Assembly: GCA_045542015.1 (NCBI GenBank)
Contig: JAZQKF010000079.1
Location: 1,635-65,634 of the forward strand
Direction of reading: 5' to 3'
Length of the DNA stretch: 64,000 nt
DNA from: Acutalibacteraceae bacterium
GTDB lineage: Bacteria; Bacillota; Clostridia; Oscillospirales; Acutalibacteraceae
A program made the translations under genes and the position numbers. Below the pieces are notes generated by a model. That model saw nothing but the letters and a program-made list of their open reading frames with translations, was not told where the DNA came from and made no database searches. Position 1 is the stretch's first letter, and every line of letters starts with the position of its first letter. Shown in pieces: positions 9,590 through 18,270 of this stretch.

Positions 9590-10507
9590 TTACAGGTCGC
9601 TGAACAGGTCGGCATTGTACTCACCTGCGTCGATCAGCTCCTTGAAGCTGGCGACAACCAGGGGCTTATCCTCGGCGTAGGTGACGCCGAACCACTTATC
9701 GGGAGTGGGCAGCACCTTAACGGTCACCTTACCCGCCTTCAGCAGGTCGCCGATGTGACCGGGCAGCAGGTACTCGGCCTTCAGCTCGTTGCCGGCAATG
9801 CCGTCCAGGAACTTGGAGAAATCCGCCTCCAGCATGGGCAGATAAGCGGGGGTCAGACCCCAGAAGTTCATAGACACAGCGCCCTCGGCATCCAGAGGAG
9901 TGCCGTTGGTAGCGGCACCGCCGTCGGCGGTCTTAACGATATCGCCGGTCTCCACCACGTCGGTCAGGTAGTTGTCGGCATTGACCTGGCACACACCACG
10001 GGTCACACCGCCGTTGTCAGACAGGGTGTTCTTCAACTGGAAGCCGGCCATACAGAACTTGGTGTCGCTGGCTTCGTTCACCAGGAAGGTGTGCAGCTCC
10101 TTAAACGCCACCTTGCCGTAATAGTCGTCGGCATTGATGACCACGAAGGGCTCGGTCAGCAGGTCCTTGGCGGACAGCACGGCCTGACCGGTGCCCCAGG
10201 GCTTGGAACGACCCTCGGGGACGGAATAGCCCTCGGGCAGAGCGTCCAGAGCCTGGAAGGCATAGCCCACCTCCACGCCGTTAGCGGCGCAGATGGCCTC
10301 GATGCGGTTGCCGATGATCTCACGGAAGTCCTTCTCAATGTCCTTGCGGATGATGAACACGATCTTGTTAAAGCCGGCCTTGATGGCGTCGTGGATGGAA
10401 TAATCCATAATGATCTCGCCGTTGGGACCCACGGGAGCCAACTGCTTAATACCGCCGCCGAAGCGGGAGCCGATACCGGCAGCCATAATCAACAGAGTGG
10501 TTTTCAT
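9590..10507 (-). CDS. sugar-1-phosphate nucleotidyltransferase family protein
   Basis: N-terminal LIMAAGIGSRFGGGIKQL (the GxGxRx nucleotide-binding loop of NTP-transferases). 305 aa, immediately downstream of the kinase. Confidence 0.8.
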   Translation of the reverse strand: MKTTLLIMAAGIGSRFGGGIKQLAPVGPNGEIIMDYSIHDAIKAGFNKIVFIIRKDIEKDFREIIGNRIEAICAANGVEVGYAFQALDALPEGYSVPEGRSKPWGTGQAVLSAKDLLTEPFVVINADDYYGKVAFKELHTFLVNEASDTKFCMAGFQLKNTLSDNGGVTRGVCQVNADNYLTDVVETGDIVKTADGGAATNGTPLDAEGAVSMNFWGLTPAYLPMLEADFSKFLDGIAGNELKAEYLLPGHIGDLLKAGKVTVKVLPTPDKWFGVTYAEDKPLVVASFKELIDAGEYNADLFSDL

Positions 10508-10539
10508 AGTGCATTTCTCCTTTTATGTTAAAGTTTTGA

Positions 10540-11823
10540 TCAACCGATCTTATCCACGCAGACACCGCCGTAGGGACGGATGTTCAGCACGTGGCAGCTG
10601 CCCTCACCGAACACCTTCTCGATGAGCGATTTAAACTCCTCCAGCTTATCCAGCGGCACAAAATTCTGGGTGGTGCCGCCGAAGCCGCCGCCGTGGACAC
10701 GCCAGGCGCCGTAACCGTCCAGCACCCGCTGTGCCAGCGCCAGCGCCAGGGACATACTCTGCTCGGACACGTCGCAGGCGGCATAGACATTCTGCAGATA
10801 CTCAAACGAGGAGTTGCCGGAATCGATAATCAGTTTCTTAAAGCCTTCAAAGTCGCCGTTACGCAAAGCCGCCACCTGCTCCACCACCCGCTCATTCTCC
10901 TGCAGGAAGTGGATGGCACGAAGAACGGGACGGTCGCCGTGCTCGGCGCGCAGGGTGGCGATGTTGGCGATGAGGGTATCCATATCGGTCTGGCGCAGGA
11001 CGTTGACCCCCAAAGAGGTAGCCACTGCCTTCATCTCGCCGGGGACAGCCGCGTACTCGTGGGTCAGGTCGGCGTGATTACCGCCCACGTCCACGATGCA
11101 CAGGGCGTGACCGGTGGCCGCAAAGTCCACGTCCACCTTTTCGATAACGGGATTGGCGGGGTCGGCAAAGTCGATGGTAATGATATTGCCCACCGAGGAG
11201 GCCATCTGATCCATCAAGCCGCAGGGCTTGCCGAAATACACGTTCTCAGCATACTGGGCGATCTGGGCGATCTCCACGGCGCTGACCTTGCCATCGTTGT
11301 ACAGATGGCTGAGGATGACGCCGATCAGCACCTCAAAGGCGGCAGAGGAGGACAGACCGCTGCCCTTCAGTACGTTGGAGGTGGCGTAGGCGTCAAAGCC
11401 GCCAACGGCGTAATCCAGCTGAGTGAAGCGGGCGGCCGTGCCGCGAATCAGAGAGGCAGAGCCATTCTGCTCGCTGTCCACGGGAATCAGCTCCGCGGTA
11501 TCCACCGTCAGCATAGGATAGCCCTCGGACTGCATACGAATGATGCTGTCGCCGGGACGCACCACGGCAATCACATCCAGATTCACACTACCCGCCAGCA
11601 CGCGGCCGTAGTTGTGGTCGGTGTGGTTGCCGCCGATCTCGGTACGACCGGGGGCGGAGAACAGCATCAGGTCTCCCTCCCCACCGAAGGTAGACACAAA
11701 TCCCTCCACCGCGTGGGCGTAGCGATGGCGCTGTGCCATCACCTGATCCGCACCGTACAAAGCGGCAAACGCGGCGTCGTAATCACCGGTGTGAATTTTG
11801 TTCAACAGGGTTACAGCAGACAT
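10540..11823 (-). CDS. galK: galactokinase-family (GHMP) sugar 1-kinase
   Basis: GRTEIGGNHTDHNYG (galactokinase signature variant) and the GHMP motif GSGLSSSAA. Start at the ATG at 11823 (MSAVTLLNK) after GAGGGGAAGAGG. Confidence 0.8.
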   Translation of the reverse strand: MSAVTLLNKIHTGDYDAAFAALYGADQVMAQRHRYAHAVEGFVSTFGGEGDLMLFSAPGRTEIGGNHTDHNYGRVLAGSVNLDVIAVVRPGDSIIRMQSEGYPMLTVDTAELIPVDSEQNGSASLIRGTAARFTQLDYAVGGFDAYATSNVLKGSGLSSSAAFEVLIGVILSHLYNDGKVSAVEIAQIAQYAENVYFGKPCGLMDQMASSVGNIITIDFADPANPVIEKVDVDFAATGHALCIVDVGGNHADLTHEYAAVPGEMKAVATSLGVNVLRQTDMDTLIANIATLRAEHGDRPVLRAIHFLQENERVVEQVAALRNGDFEGFKKLIIDSGNSSFEYLQNVYAACDVSEQSMSLALALAQRVLDGYGAWRVHGGGFGGTTQNFVPLDKLEEFKSLIEKVFGEGSCHVLNIRPYGGVCVDKIG

Positions 11824-11976
11824 AATCCTCTTCCCCTCTCGCGAAATTTGATAAATTCTTACTTTCATTATAAAAAGCGAACGCAAAAAACGCAACCCTT
11901 TTATTCGGCATTTGTATGGACAAATGTTGCATAATGTGCTATAATCCATCTCAGAAGCATCTGAGGGGGGATACCA

Positions 11977-12804
11977 TTGACCAACAAACGCTACCAATTT
12001 CAGGATTCACTGAAGGAAAACGCCGGTCTGTCGGTATACAGCACCGGCTATGAACAATGCGACAAAAACCATAGCTGGGGGCCGGCTCTGCGGGACCATT
12101 ACATCATCCACTTCGTGGTGTCCGGCAAGGGCACTCTGCAATATAACCGACAGATATACACGGTGGAGGCGGGGCAATTGTTCATCATCTACCCATCGCA
12201 GGTGGCCTGCTATCAGGCGGACGCAGAGGATCCCTGGCAATACAACTGGGTGGGATTCAACGGCACCGACGCCGGTCGACTGGTGAAGCTGACCGGCCTG
12301 TCCCCCGACAACCCCGTTCTGAACAGCACCGACCCCGAAAAGACCCGCGAGCTGCTGCGCCGCATCGCCGATGCCGGCGACAACACCGCCGCCGCCGATG
12401 CGGAGATGGCGGGATGCCTGTACCTGCTGCTGGCTCATCTCATCCGCATCAACAGCGACAACCTCACCGGTAACCCCCATCAAACCTACGTAGCCAACGC
12501 CCTACGGTACATTCAGTACAACTACGCCAACGACATCGGCGTCACCGACATCGCCCGCTACGTGGGCATCAGCCGCAGTCAGCTGTATCGGGCGTTTCTG
12601 CAGGATTTCGGCGTATCCCCCCACAACTATCTGCAGACCTACCGCATCAACGAAGCCTGCGGACTGCTCCACGACCCCTCCCACTCCATCGCCCAGGTGG
12701 CCGGCTCGGTGGGCTTCAACGACCCGCTGTATTTCTCACGCGTGTTCAAGTCCATCAAGGGAACCACTCCTTCGGAATATCAGCGCAACAATACCAGAAA
12801 ATAA
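11977..12804 (+). CDS. AraC family transcriptional regulator
   Basis: Cupin-like N-terminus and a C-terminal double HTH (ARYVGISRSQLYRAF..., FNDPLYFSRVFK). TTG start after GAGGGGGG. Divergent from the kinase operon. Confidence 0.9.
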   Translation: MTNKRYQFQDSLKENAGLSVYSTGYEQCDKNHSWGPALRDHYIIHFVVSGKGTLQYNRQIYTVEAGQLFIIYPSQVACYQADAEDPWQYNWVGFNGTDAGRLVKLTGLSPDNPVLNSTDPEKTRELLRRIADAGDNTAAADAEMAGCLYLLLAHLIRINSDNLTGNPHQTYVANALRYIQYNYANDIGVTDIARYVGISRSQLYRAFLQDFGVSPHNYLQTYRINEACGLLHDPSHSIAQVAGSVGFNDPLYFSRVFKSIKGTTPSEYQRNNTRK

Positions 12805-12839
12805 AAAAACACGGTGCGATTCTTCGCACCGTGTTTTTT
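12804..12839. terminator. bidirectional intrinsic terminator
   Basis: Hairpin CACGGTGCG...CGCACCGTG flanked by AAAAAAA and TTTTTT, between convergent araC-like and sigE. Confidence 0.8.
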
Positions 12840-13545
12840 ATTCTATCCGCAGTAGATCCTCTCGCAGGCGGCGGATGATCCGCTTCTCCAAGCGGGATAT
12901 GTAGGACTGGGAGATGCCCAATTTGTCCGCTACCTCCTTTTGGGTATGCTCCCGATGCCCGTATATGCCGAATCGTAGCTCCATGATCCGCCGCTCACGG
13001 GGCGGCAGCTTAGCCACGCAGGCCAGCAACTGCTGGCGCTCCGCCTGCGCCTCCAGATCCCGATGCACCACGTCGGGATCGCTGCCCAGTATATCCGACA
13101 GCAGCAATTCGTTGCCGTCCCAATCCACATTCAACGGTTCATCAATGGATATTTCACTGCGTTTTTGGGAGTTTTTGCGCAAATACATCAGTATCTCATT
13201 TTCAATGCAACGGGAGGAGTAGGTTGCCAGCTTGATCTGGCGATCGGGGCAAAAGGTGCGAACCGCCTTAATAAGACCGATGGTACCGATGGAAATCAAA
13301 TCCTCAATTCCTACTCCCGACGACTCGAATTTGCGCGCGATATACACCACTAACCGTAAATTGTGGGTAATCAGCGAATCCGCCGCCGTTCCGTCACCGT
13401 CCCGCAGACGCTCCAGCATAATCCGCTCCTGCTCGGCAGAAAGCGGCGCAGGCAGAACGTCCGTACCGTTTATGTAATCCACCCGCTCCCGCGGAAACAG
13501 CCGCAAAACCCAGTGAAACCAACGATTTAACAGCCTGTAAAGCAT
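12838..13545 (-). CDS. sigE: sporulation sigma factor SigE (pro-sigma-E)
   Basis: MLYRLLNRWFHWVLRLF pro-sequence, region 2 (HNLRLVVYIARKF, IGTIGLIKAV) and region 4 HTH. Sits directly after spoIIGA. Confidence 0.92.
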   Translation of the reverse strand: MLYRLLNRWFHWVLRLFPRERVDYINGTDVLPAPLSAEQERIMLERLRDGDGTAADSLITHNLRLVVYIARKFESSGVGIEDLISIGTIGLIKAVRTFCPDRQIKLATYSSRCIENEILMYLRKNSQKRSEISIDEPLNVDWDGNELLLSDILGSDPDVVHRDLEAQAERQQLLACVAKLPPRERRIMELRFGIYGHREHTQKEVADKLGISQSYISRLEKRIIRRLREDLLRIE

Positions 13546-13547
13546 TT

Positions 13548-14399
13548 CTACTTGCCACCCCTTTCGGTTAATTGCTCGCCCAACGCCGTACCGATGAGTC
13601 CCCGATACTCTCCCCCATTCAGCCGCGGGCACACCGCCACATAGCAATCGCGTATGGCACGCGGCTGTCCACGCACCACCGCCGTGACGGAATCGGGGAT
13701 AAACGCGGGGAGCAGTCCCCCGCCGTGCACGGTATCGTAGGGTATCAGCCGCCACCCTCCCTCAGGGGGCATATCCTCCACGGCGGGTACGTCCAGCAAC
13801 CGCTCGGCGGCATCTCTTTCCAACAGCAACACGCCGTAACCGGAAAACGGCTCCACCAAATGATTGCCGCTATCGTACAAACAAGGCACCTCTACCTGCC
13901 GTCCCTTTACCGATACCGTCATACGATAGGCGTGGTCGGCAGGCGCACGGCGGCGAGTGAGCCACTCCCACAGCCACAGCACACCGTAGCAAAGCACGGT
14001 CAACCCCACCAACAGTAGCGGCGACACCGCGTAATACACCACGCCGTTATGGACGTAAAACTCCCGCGGTGCCGCAAAGAAGTATAATCCGCCGCAGATG
14101 CCGGCAAAGCCCGCCGACATGGCAAACAGTAGAAATACACGCCGTCCGAGCTTCGCCCACCCTTGCCAGCGGAAGGCGATGAGCGTCATCACCGCGGCGG
14201 CGGTTAGCTTGATGAGCAGATCCAGCCAAACGGGCAACGGCGGCAAAAACAGCACAAAGCAGGTCAAAGAACCCGCCAAAGCGCCCAAGACCAACCGCCA
14301 TGGTGCTGCACCGCCGCCCATCACCCGACGCACTCCCAGCAACAGCAGATAATCGATCCACCAATTTAGCGCCAACAGAATGTCTGCATATACCGTCAC
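13548..14399 (-). CDS. spoIIGA: sigma-E processing peptidase SpoIIGA
   Basis: Five N-terminal TM helices and a C-terminal aspartic protease part (YDSGN). GTG at 14399 (VTVYADILL) lies 6 nt after GGAGGTG, so I prefer it to the track start at 14414. Confidence 0.85.
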   Translation of the reverse strand: MTVYADILLALNWWIDYLLLLGVRRVMGGGAAPWRLVLGALAGSLTCFVLFLPPLPVWLDLLIKLTAAAVMTLIAFRWQGWAKLGRRVFLLFAMSAGFAGICGGLYFFAAPREFYVHNGVVYYAVSPLLLVGLTVLCYGVLWLWEWLTRRRAPADHAYRMTVSVKGRQVEVPCLYDSGNHLVEPFSGYGVLLLERDAAERLLDVPAVEDMPPEGGWRLIPYDTVHGGGLLPAFIPDSVTAVVRGQPRAIRDCYVAVCPRLNGGEYRGLIGTALGEQLTERGGK

Positions 14400-14420
14400 A
14401 GTCGCCACCTCCACCCGCTC

Positions 14421-14455
14421 ATTATACCAACCGTGCAGGGGCGGTTTTTGACGAA
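14421..14455 (-). promoter_or_regulatory. spoIIG-type promoter: TATAAT plus a 0A-box-like TTCGTCA, 22 nt apart
   Basis: Minus strand TTCGTCA (14449-14455; one mismatch to the reverse 0A box TTCGACA), 22 nt spacer, TATAAT (14421-14426). Confidence 0.45.
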
Positions 14456-14564
14456 AACCGTGTGCAAAACAAAAAGGGACAACACCTTGTTTTATTGGAA
14501 AAACTATGCTATACTAGAGCATATTCTCGTACAGACGGTTACACTATCTACGGAGGTGTGACCT

Positions 14565-14993
14565 ATGTATGAAAAACCGTCTCCCCGCGTGCTGTGGTCG
14601 TGGGTGAGTATTCTGATAGCGGTGGCAATACCGCATTTGGCGGTGGGCGGCTGGCTGCTGTGGCGACTGTTTCCTCGTCTGGTGATGCCGTTTCTGCTGC
14701 TGTCGGTGGCGGCGATCGCCGTGATAGGACTGTGGTATCTGCCGCGGCGGCGGGAGAATATGCGCTATTCCCTGGGCGAGCAACGGGTGACCGTGCGCGG
14801 CGGGGTGCTGTTCATCACCAGCCGCCGTATGGAGCTGGATGCGGTACGGCAGGTGACCCTGCTGCAGGGACCCGTTGAGCGGCGGTGTGACACCGCCTTC
14901 CTGCTCATCAGCGCCACCGGAGGCTATCTGCTCATCGAGGGCATCGACCGCCCGCGGGCGGAGGAATGGTGCAGGGGGCGATTCCCCTTATGA
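14565..14993 (+). CDS. YdbS-like bacterial PH-domain (bPH_2) membrane protein
   Basis: Two TM helices followed by the PH-like module RYSLGEQRVTVRGGVLFITSRRMELDAVRQV. Its stop overlaps the next ATG (ATGA). Confidence 0.75.
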   Translation: MYEKPSPRVLWSWVSILIAVAIPHLAVGGWLLWRLFPRLVMPFLLLSVAAIAVIGLWYLPRRRENMRYSLGEQRVTVRGGVLFITSRRMELDAVRQVTLLQGPVERRCDTAFLLISATGGYLLIEGIDRPRAEEWCRGRFPL

Positions 14994-17224
14994 AACGGTA
15001 CTATCGCGAGCATCCGGCGGCTCTGCCCCGTAATCTGTCCACTTTTTTCTTTTTACTGCTGCTACCTCTCATCCGAGGGGTGGGGTATATCCGCGTGCCC
15101 AACGGCTTCCCCACCTGGCTGGAAAGCCTGTGGGTGGACGGCGTCATACTCACCGCCGCCGTGGGCATCCTGGCCGCCGTCTGGTGGCGGCACACCTATG
15201 ACCTGACACCGCACCGTCTGCGCATCCGACAGCGCTTTGTCATACACACCACCACCCTGATCCCCCTGCCACTCATCACCACCCTGACGGTGGAGCGACC
15301 CCTCTGGCTGCGTATGCTGGGGGGCGCACGGGTAGCGGCGGACACCGACGCCGGCAATCATCGCCTGGCGGACGTGCGGCTGACCGTCACGCGGCGGCAG
15401 GCCACGCTATTCCTGCCGGACACGCAGGGGACTGCCGTCCACGCCCATAACGGACGGCTGTGGCTGCTGTCGGTGCTGTCCTCCGACTCCTTGGGGGGCG
15501 TGCTGCTGTTGGCCGCCGTATTCCGCCAGAGCGGCAATCTGCTGGGCGAGAGCATCCAGCAGACCGTAATGGATAATCTGGAGTACGCCGCCGACGCCAT
15601 CCGTCTGATCCCCCGCACCGCCGCCTTGATAGCGCTGATTCTATTAGGTGGATGGGTTGCCGGTACTCTACGGCATCTGTTGCGGCATCTACCCTTTTCC
15701 GCCAGCCGATGTCAGGACACCCTGACCATACGAACCGGCGTGCTCACCAAGCGCACCCACTGCTGTGCTCTGGGCGCTATCAATTACTCCGACCGCCGCC
15801 AAACGCTGATGGCCTATCTAATGAAGTGGTACACCGTCACCATCAGCTGCACCGGCTACGGCAAAGATAAGAATACGTTGGCGGTGCTGATCCCCCCTGC
15901 CCGCCTGCCGCGCCTGCGGCGGGAACAGAGCATTCTGTTGCCCGAATTCAGGGATGGTGCGCTTCATCTGCGTCCTGCACCTCATACCCTGTGGCGCTAT
16001 ATCCGTACCCCGCTGATATGGCTGGGGATATCCCCCATCATCGGATGGGTGGCAGGGTTACAATTCCCCGTGGTACGGGAATTGATGGTGTATCTGTCGC
16101 TGATGGCGGCGGTACCCTGTCTGTGGATGGTGGCGGTGCGTGTCATCGACCACCGCACGGCGGGCATCGGCTATGAGCACGGGCGATACACCCTCTGCTA
16201 TTCCCGACGGCTGACCCTGCACAGGGTCACCCTGCCCCGCAACAAGGTGGCGGCGGCGCACATCCGTCAATCCCGCCACCAACGGCAAAACGGCACCTGC
16301 GACGTGTGCTTGTACAGCTATCACGAATTCCGTCACCCCCATCCCGTCCGCGGTCTGATGCTGGAGGAGGTGCAACGATTAACCGAACTGCTGAATCTAA
16401 AGGAAGTGTCAACTATGGAAACCATCCGCACCGACCAACTGGTCGCCAACCAACTGAAGGTGGATATTGCCACCGCCGCCGCCCTCATTATGGAGGGACG
16501 GATATGGATCGGCAACGTGCCCGCGGACAAGCCGGGCACACCCCTGCCCGCCGACACGGTGGTCACCTGCCGCGAAAAGGCCAAAAAATACGCCAGCCGC
16601 TCCGGCTATAAGCTGGAAAAGGCGCTGGCTCACTTTGCTATTGACCCCGCTGACCTGACGGTGTGCGACATCGGCGCCAGCAACGGCGGCTTCACCGACT
16701 GCCTGCTGCAGAACGGTGCTAAGCGGGTGTTCGCGGTGGACGTGGCCTACGGCATACTGGACTATAAGCTGCGCACCGACGACCGCGTCACGGTGCTGGA
16801 GCGCACCAACGCCCGCCACCTGACCGCCAAGCAATTGGGTGGCACCATCTGCGATATGGTGACGGTGGACGTATCCTTCATCTCCCTCAAGCGCATCTAC
16901 CCCGCCATCCATCGGGTGCTGAAGGAGGGCGGCGAGGTAGTGACCCTCATCAAGCCCCAGTTTGAGGCCAAGCAGAAGGAGCTGGGCAAAAACGGCATCC
17001 TCAAGGACCCCGCCGCCACCCTGCCGGGGCTGATGGCGGAGCTGTTCGCCGCAGCGGCGGAGAACGGCCTGACCGTGCTGGGGCTGACCGTATCCCCTAT
17101 CCACGGTCAGAACGGCAACGTGGAATACTTGGCCCACTATCGCCACACCGCCCCCACCGAGGAAGATTTGGCAGGCTATTCCGCTATGATCGAGGCAGTG
17201 CTGGATCTGCAACCGGATATGTAA
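14990..17224 (+). CDS. tlyA: YdbT-like triple bPH_2 membrane protein fused in frame to a TlyA-family rRNA 2'-O-methyltransferase
   Basis: No stop codon lies between the YdbT-like part (about 14990-16414) and METIRTDQLV... (16415 onward). That part has an S4 domain plus the FtsJ-like SAM motif CDIGASNGGFTDC. Confidence 0.75.
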   Translation: MKRYYREHPAALPRNLSTFFFLLLLPLIRGVGYIRVPNGFPTWLESLWVDGVILTAAVGILAAVWWRHTYDLTPHRLRIRQRFVIHTTTLIPLPLITTLTVERPLWLRMLGGARVAADTDAGNHRLADVRLTVTRRQATLFLPDTQGTAVHAHNGRLWLLSVLSSDSLGGVLLLAAVFRQSGNLLGESIQQTVMDNLEYAADAIRLIPRTAALIALILLGGWVAGTLRHLLRHLPFSASRCQDTLTIRTGVLTKRTHCCALGAINYSDRRQTLMAYLMKWYTVTISCTGYGKDKNTLAVLIPPARLPRLRREQSILLPEFRDGALHLRPAPHTLWRYIRTPLIWLGISPIIGWVAGLQFPVVRELMVYLSLMAAVPCLWMVAVRVIDHRTAGIGYEHGRYTLCYSRRLTLHRVTLPRNKVAAAHIRQSRHQRQNGTCDVCLYSYHEFRHPHPVRGLMLEEVQRLTELLNLKEVSTMETIRTDQLVANQLKVDIATAAALIMEGRIWIGNVPADKPGTPLPADTVVTCREKAKKYASRSGYKLEKALAHFAIDPADLTVCDIGASNGGFTDCLLQNGAKRVFAVDVAYGILDYKLRTDDRVTVLERTNARHLTAKQLGGTICDMVTVDVSFISLKRIYPAIHRVLKEGGEVVTLIKPQFEAKQKELGKNGILKDPAATLPGLMAELFAAAAENGLTVLGLTVSPIHGQNGNVEYLAHYRHTAPTEEDLAGYSAMIEAVLDLQPDM

Positions 17225-17257
17225 ATCAAGGCCACCCCTATTCGGGGTGGCCTTGAT
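17225..17257. terminator. bidirectional intrinsic terminator
   Basis: Hairpin ATCAAGGCCACCCC-TATTC-GGGGTGGCCTTGAT between convergent genes. Confidence 0.75.
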
Positions 17258-18156
17258 TATGCAGTAATCACTAAGGACTGTTTGCCTAATTGCCGATACT
17301 GTTTTTCAACAATCCATTTTGCGTATTTCTTAACAGTTCCGCGATACGGGTCGTTAAAGTAATAGTTGTTCTGATCATAGCCAATCAGCACCATACAATG
17401 CTCATTGGCCGGCCATTCATAGGTCGAACCGTCTTCCAGCGTCCATTTATCGGTAGGATAAGAGTCAAGCATACCGATGGTAACCCACGTTAATACGGGA
17501 ACATTCTTATCCACGTAGGTTTTACATAATTCTTCCAACGAGGTGCCGGTGGTGTTTTGCACGCGGTCACTGTTACCGAAATAATGAATCAGTGCCTTTT
17601 CAATCACCGGTGCCATACAACCGTAAGACTGGGTGGAACGAGGGTCGCCAAGGAAGTTTTCGTACGGATCCGGTCCATAATAGACGCCGTTTTTCCAGTA
17701 AAATTTACTGCTTTTACTCAAATGGTTGTCTATAAACTCATCCACCGACACCGACTCGCCCCAGTATTTCAGGGCCATCACCGCGCTGACCGACTCACAT
17801 CCGGTGGGGTATTTCGGCATCTGATGAATCAAAGGAACGCCGCTGATGCTGTAAGCATATGTTGCCGACGTAGGCATAGTGGACGGGGGAACGGTGCTGT
17901 GTTCCGTTCCTGCCGTGGTGCCGGTCGTGGTGATTGTCGTGGTGGTTGAGGTTTTTGAAGCGGTGGTTGTCTGCGGGCGCTGTGTCGGGAGCGGAACGTC
18001 GGACGTCGTTGTGCTGACGGACTCGGTGACATTGGTTTTTTCGGTGGTGGTTGTGGTTGCAGGCTTTGTCAAGGAATACGCGCAGCCGCATAACGTAGAC
18101 AGCCAAAGAAACACAACCAACGCTATCACCATCGGTCTCAAATTTATAAATCGCAT
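17257..18156 (-). CDS. secreted/lipoprotein C39-like (Peptidase_C39_2) cysteine peptidase with a Thr-rich linker
   Basis: Signal/lipobox LSTLCGC, a poly-T/S linker, then QMPKYPTGCESVS...EHCMVLIGYD (Cys/His papain-like pattern). ATG at 18156. Confidence 0.7.
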   Translation of the reverse strand: MRFINLRPMVIALVVFLWLSTLCGCAYSLTKPATTTTTEKTNVTESVSTTTSDVPLPTQRPQTTTASKTSTTTTITTTGTTAGTEHSTVPPSTMPTSATYAYSISGVPLIHQMPKYPTGCESVSAVMALKYWGESVSVDEFIDNHLSKSSKFYWKNGVYYGPDPYENFLGDPRSTQSYGCMAPVIEKALIHYFGNSDRVQNTTGTSLEELCKTYVDKNVPVLTWVTIGMLDSYPTDKWTLEDGSTYEWPANEHCMVLIGYDQNNYYFNDPYRGTVKKYAKWIVEKQYRQLGKQSLVITA

Positions 18157-18270
18157 TATGCTTCCGTCCCCTTTCACATATCCCGCCTTGTCCGTCTCAA
18201 CGACGACCTTTCCGGCAACAGTACACTCTCTGACCGAGCAACGGTTTCGTTGCTCGGTCTTTTTTGTAGT

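Noticed and set aside
16415-17224. The 'hemolysin A' reading of the TlyA-like part as a toxin.
   Set aside because: The S4 + FtsJ-like SAM motifs indicate an rRNA 2'-O-methyltransferase. The hemolysin name is historical.
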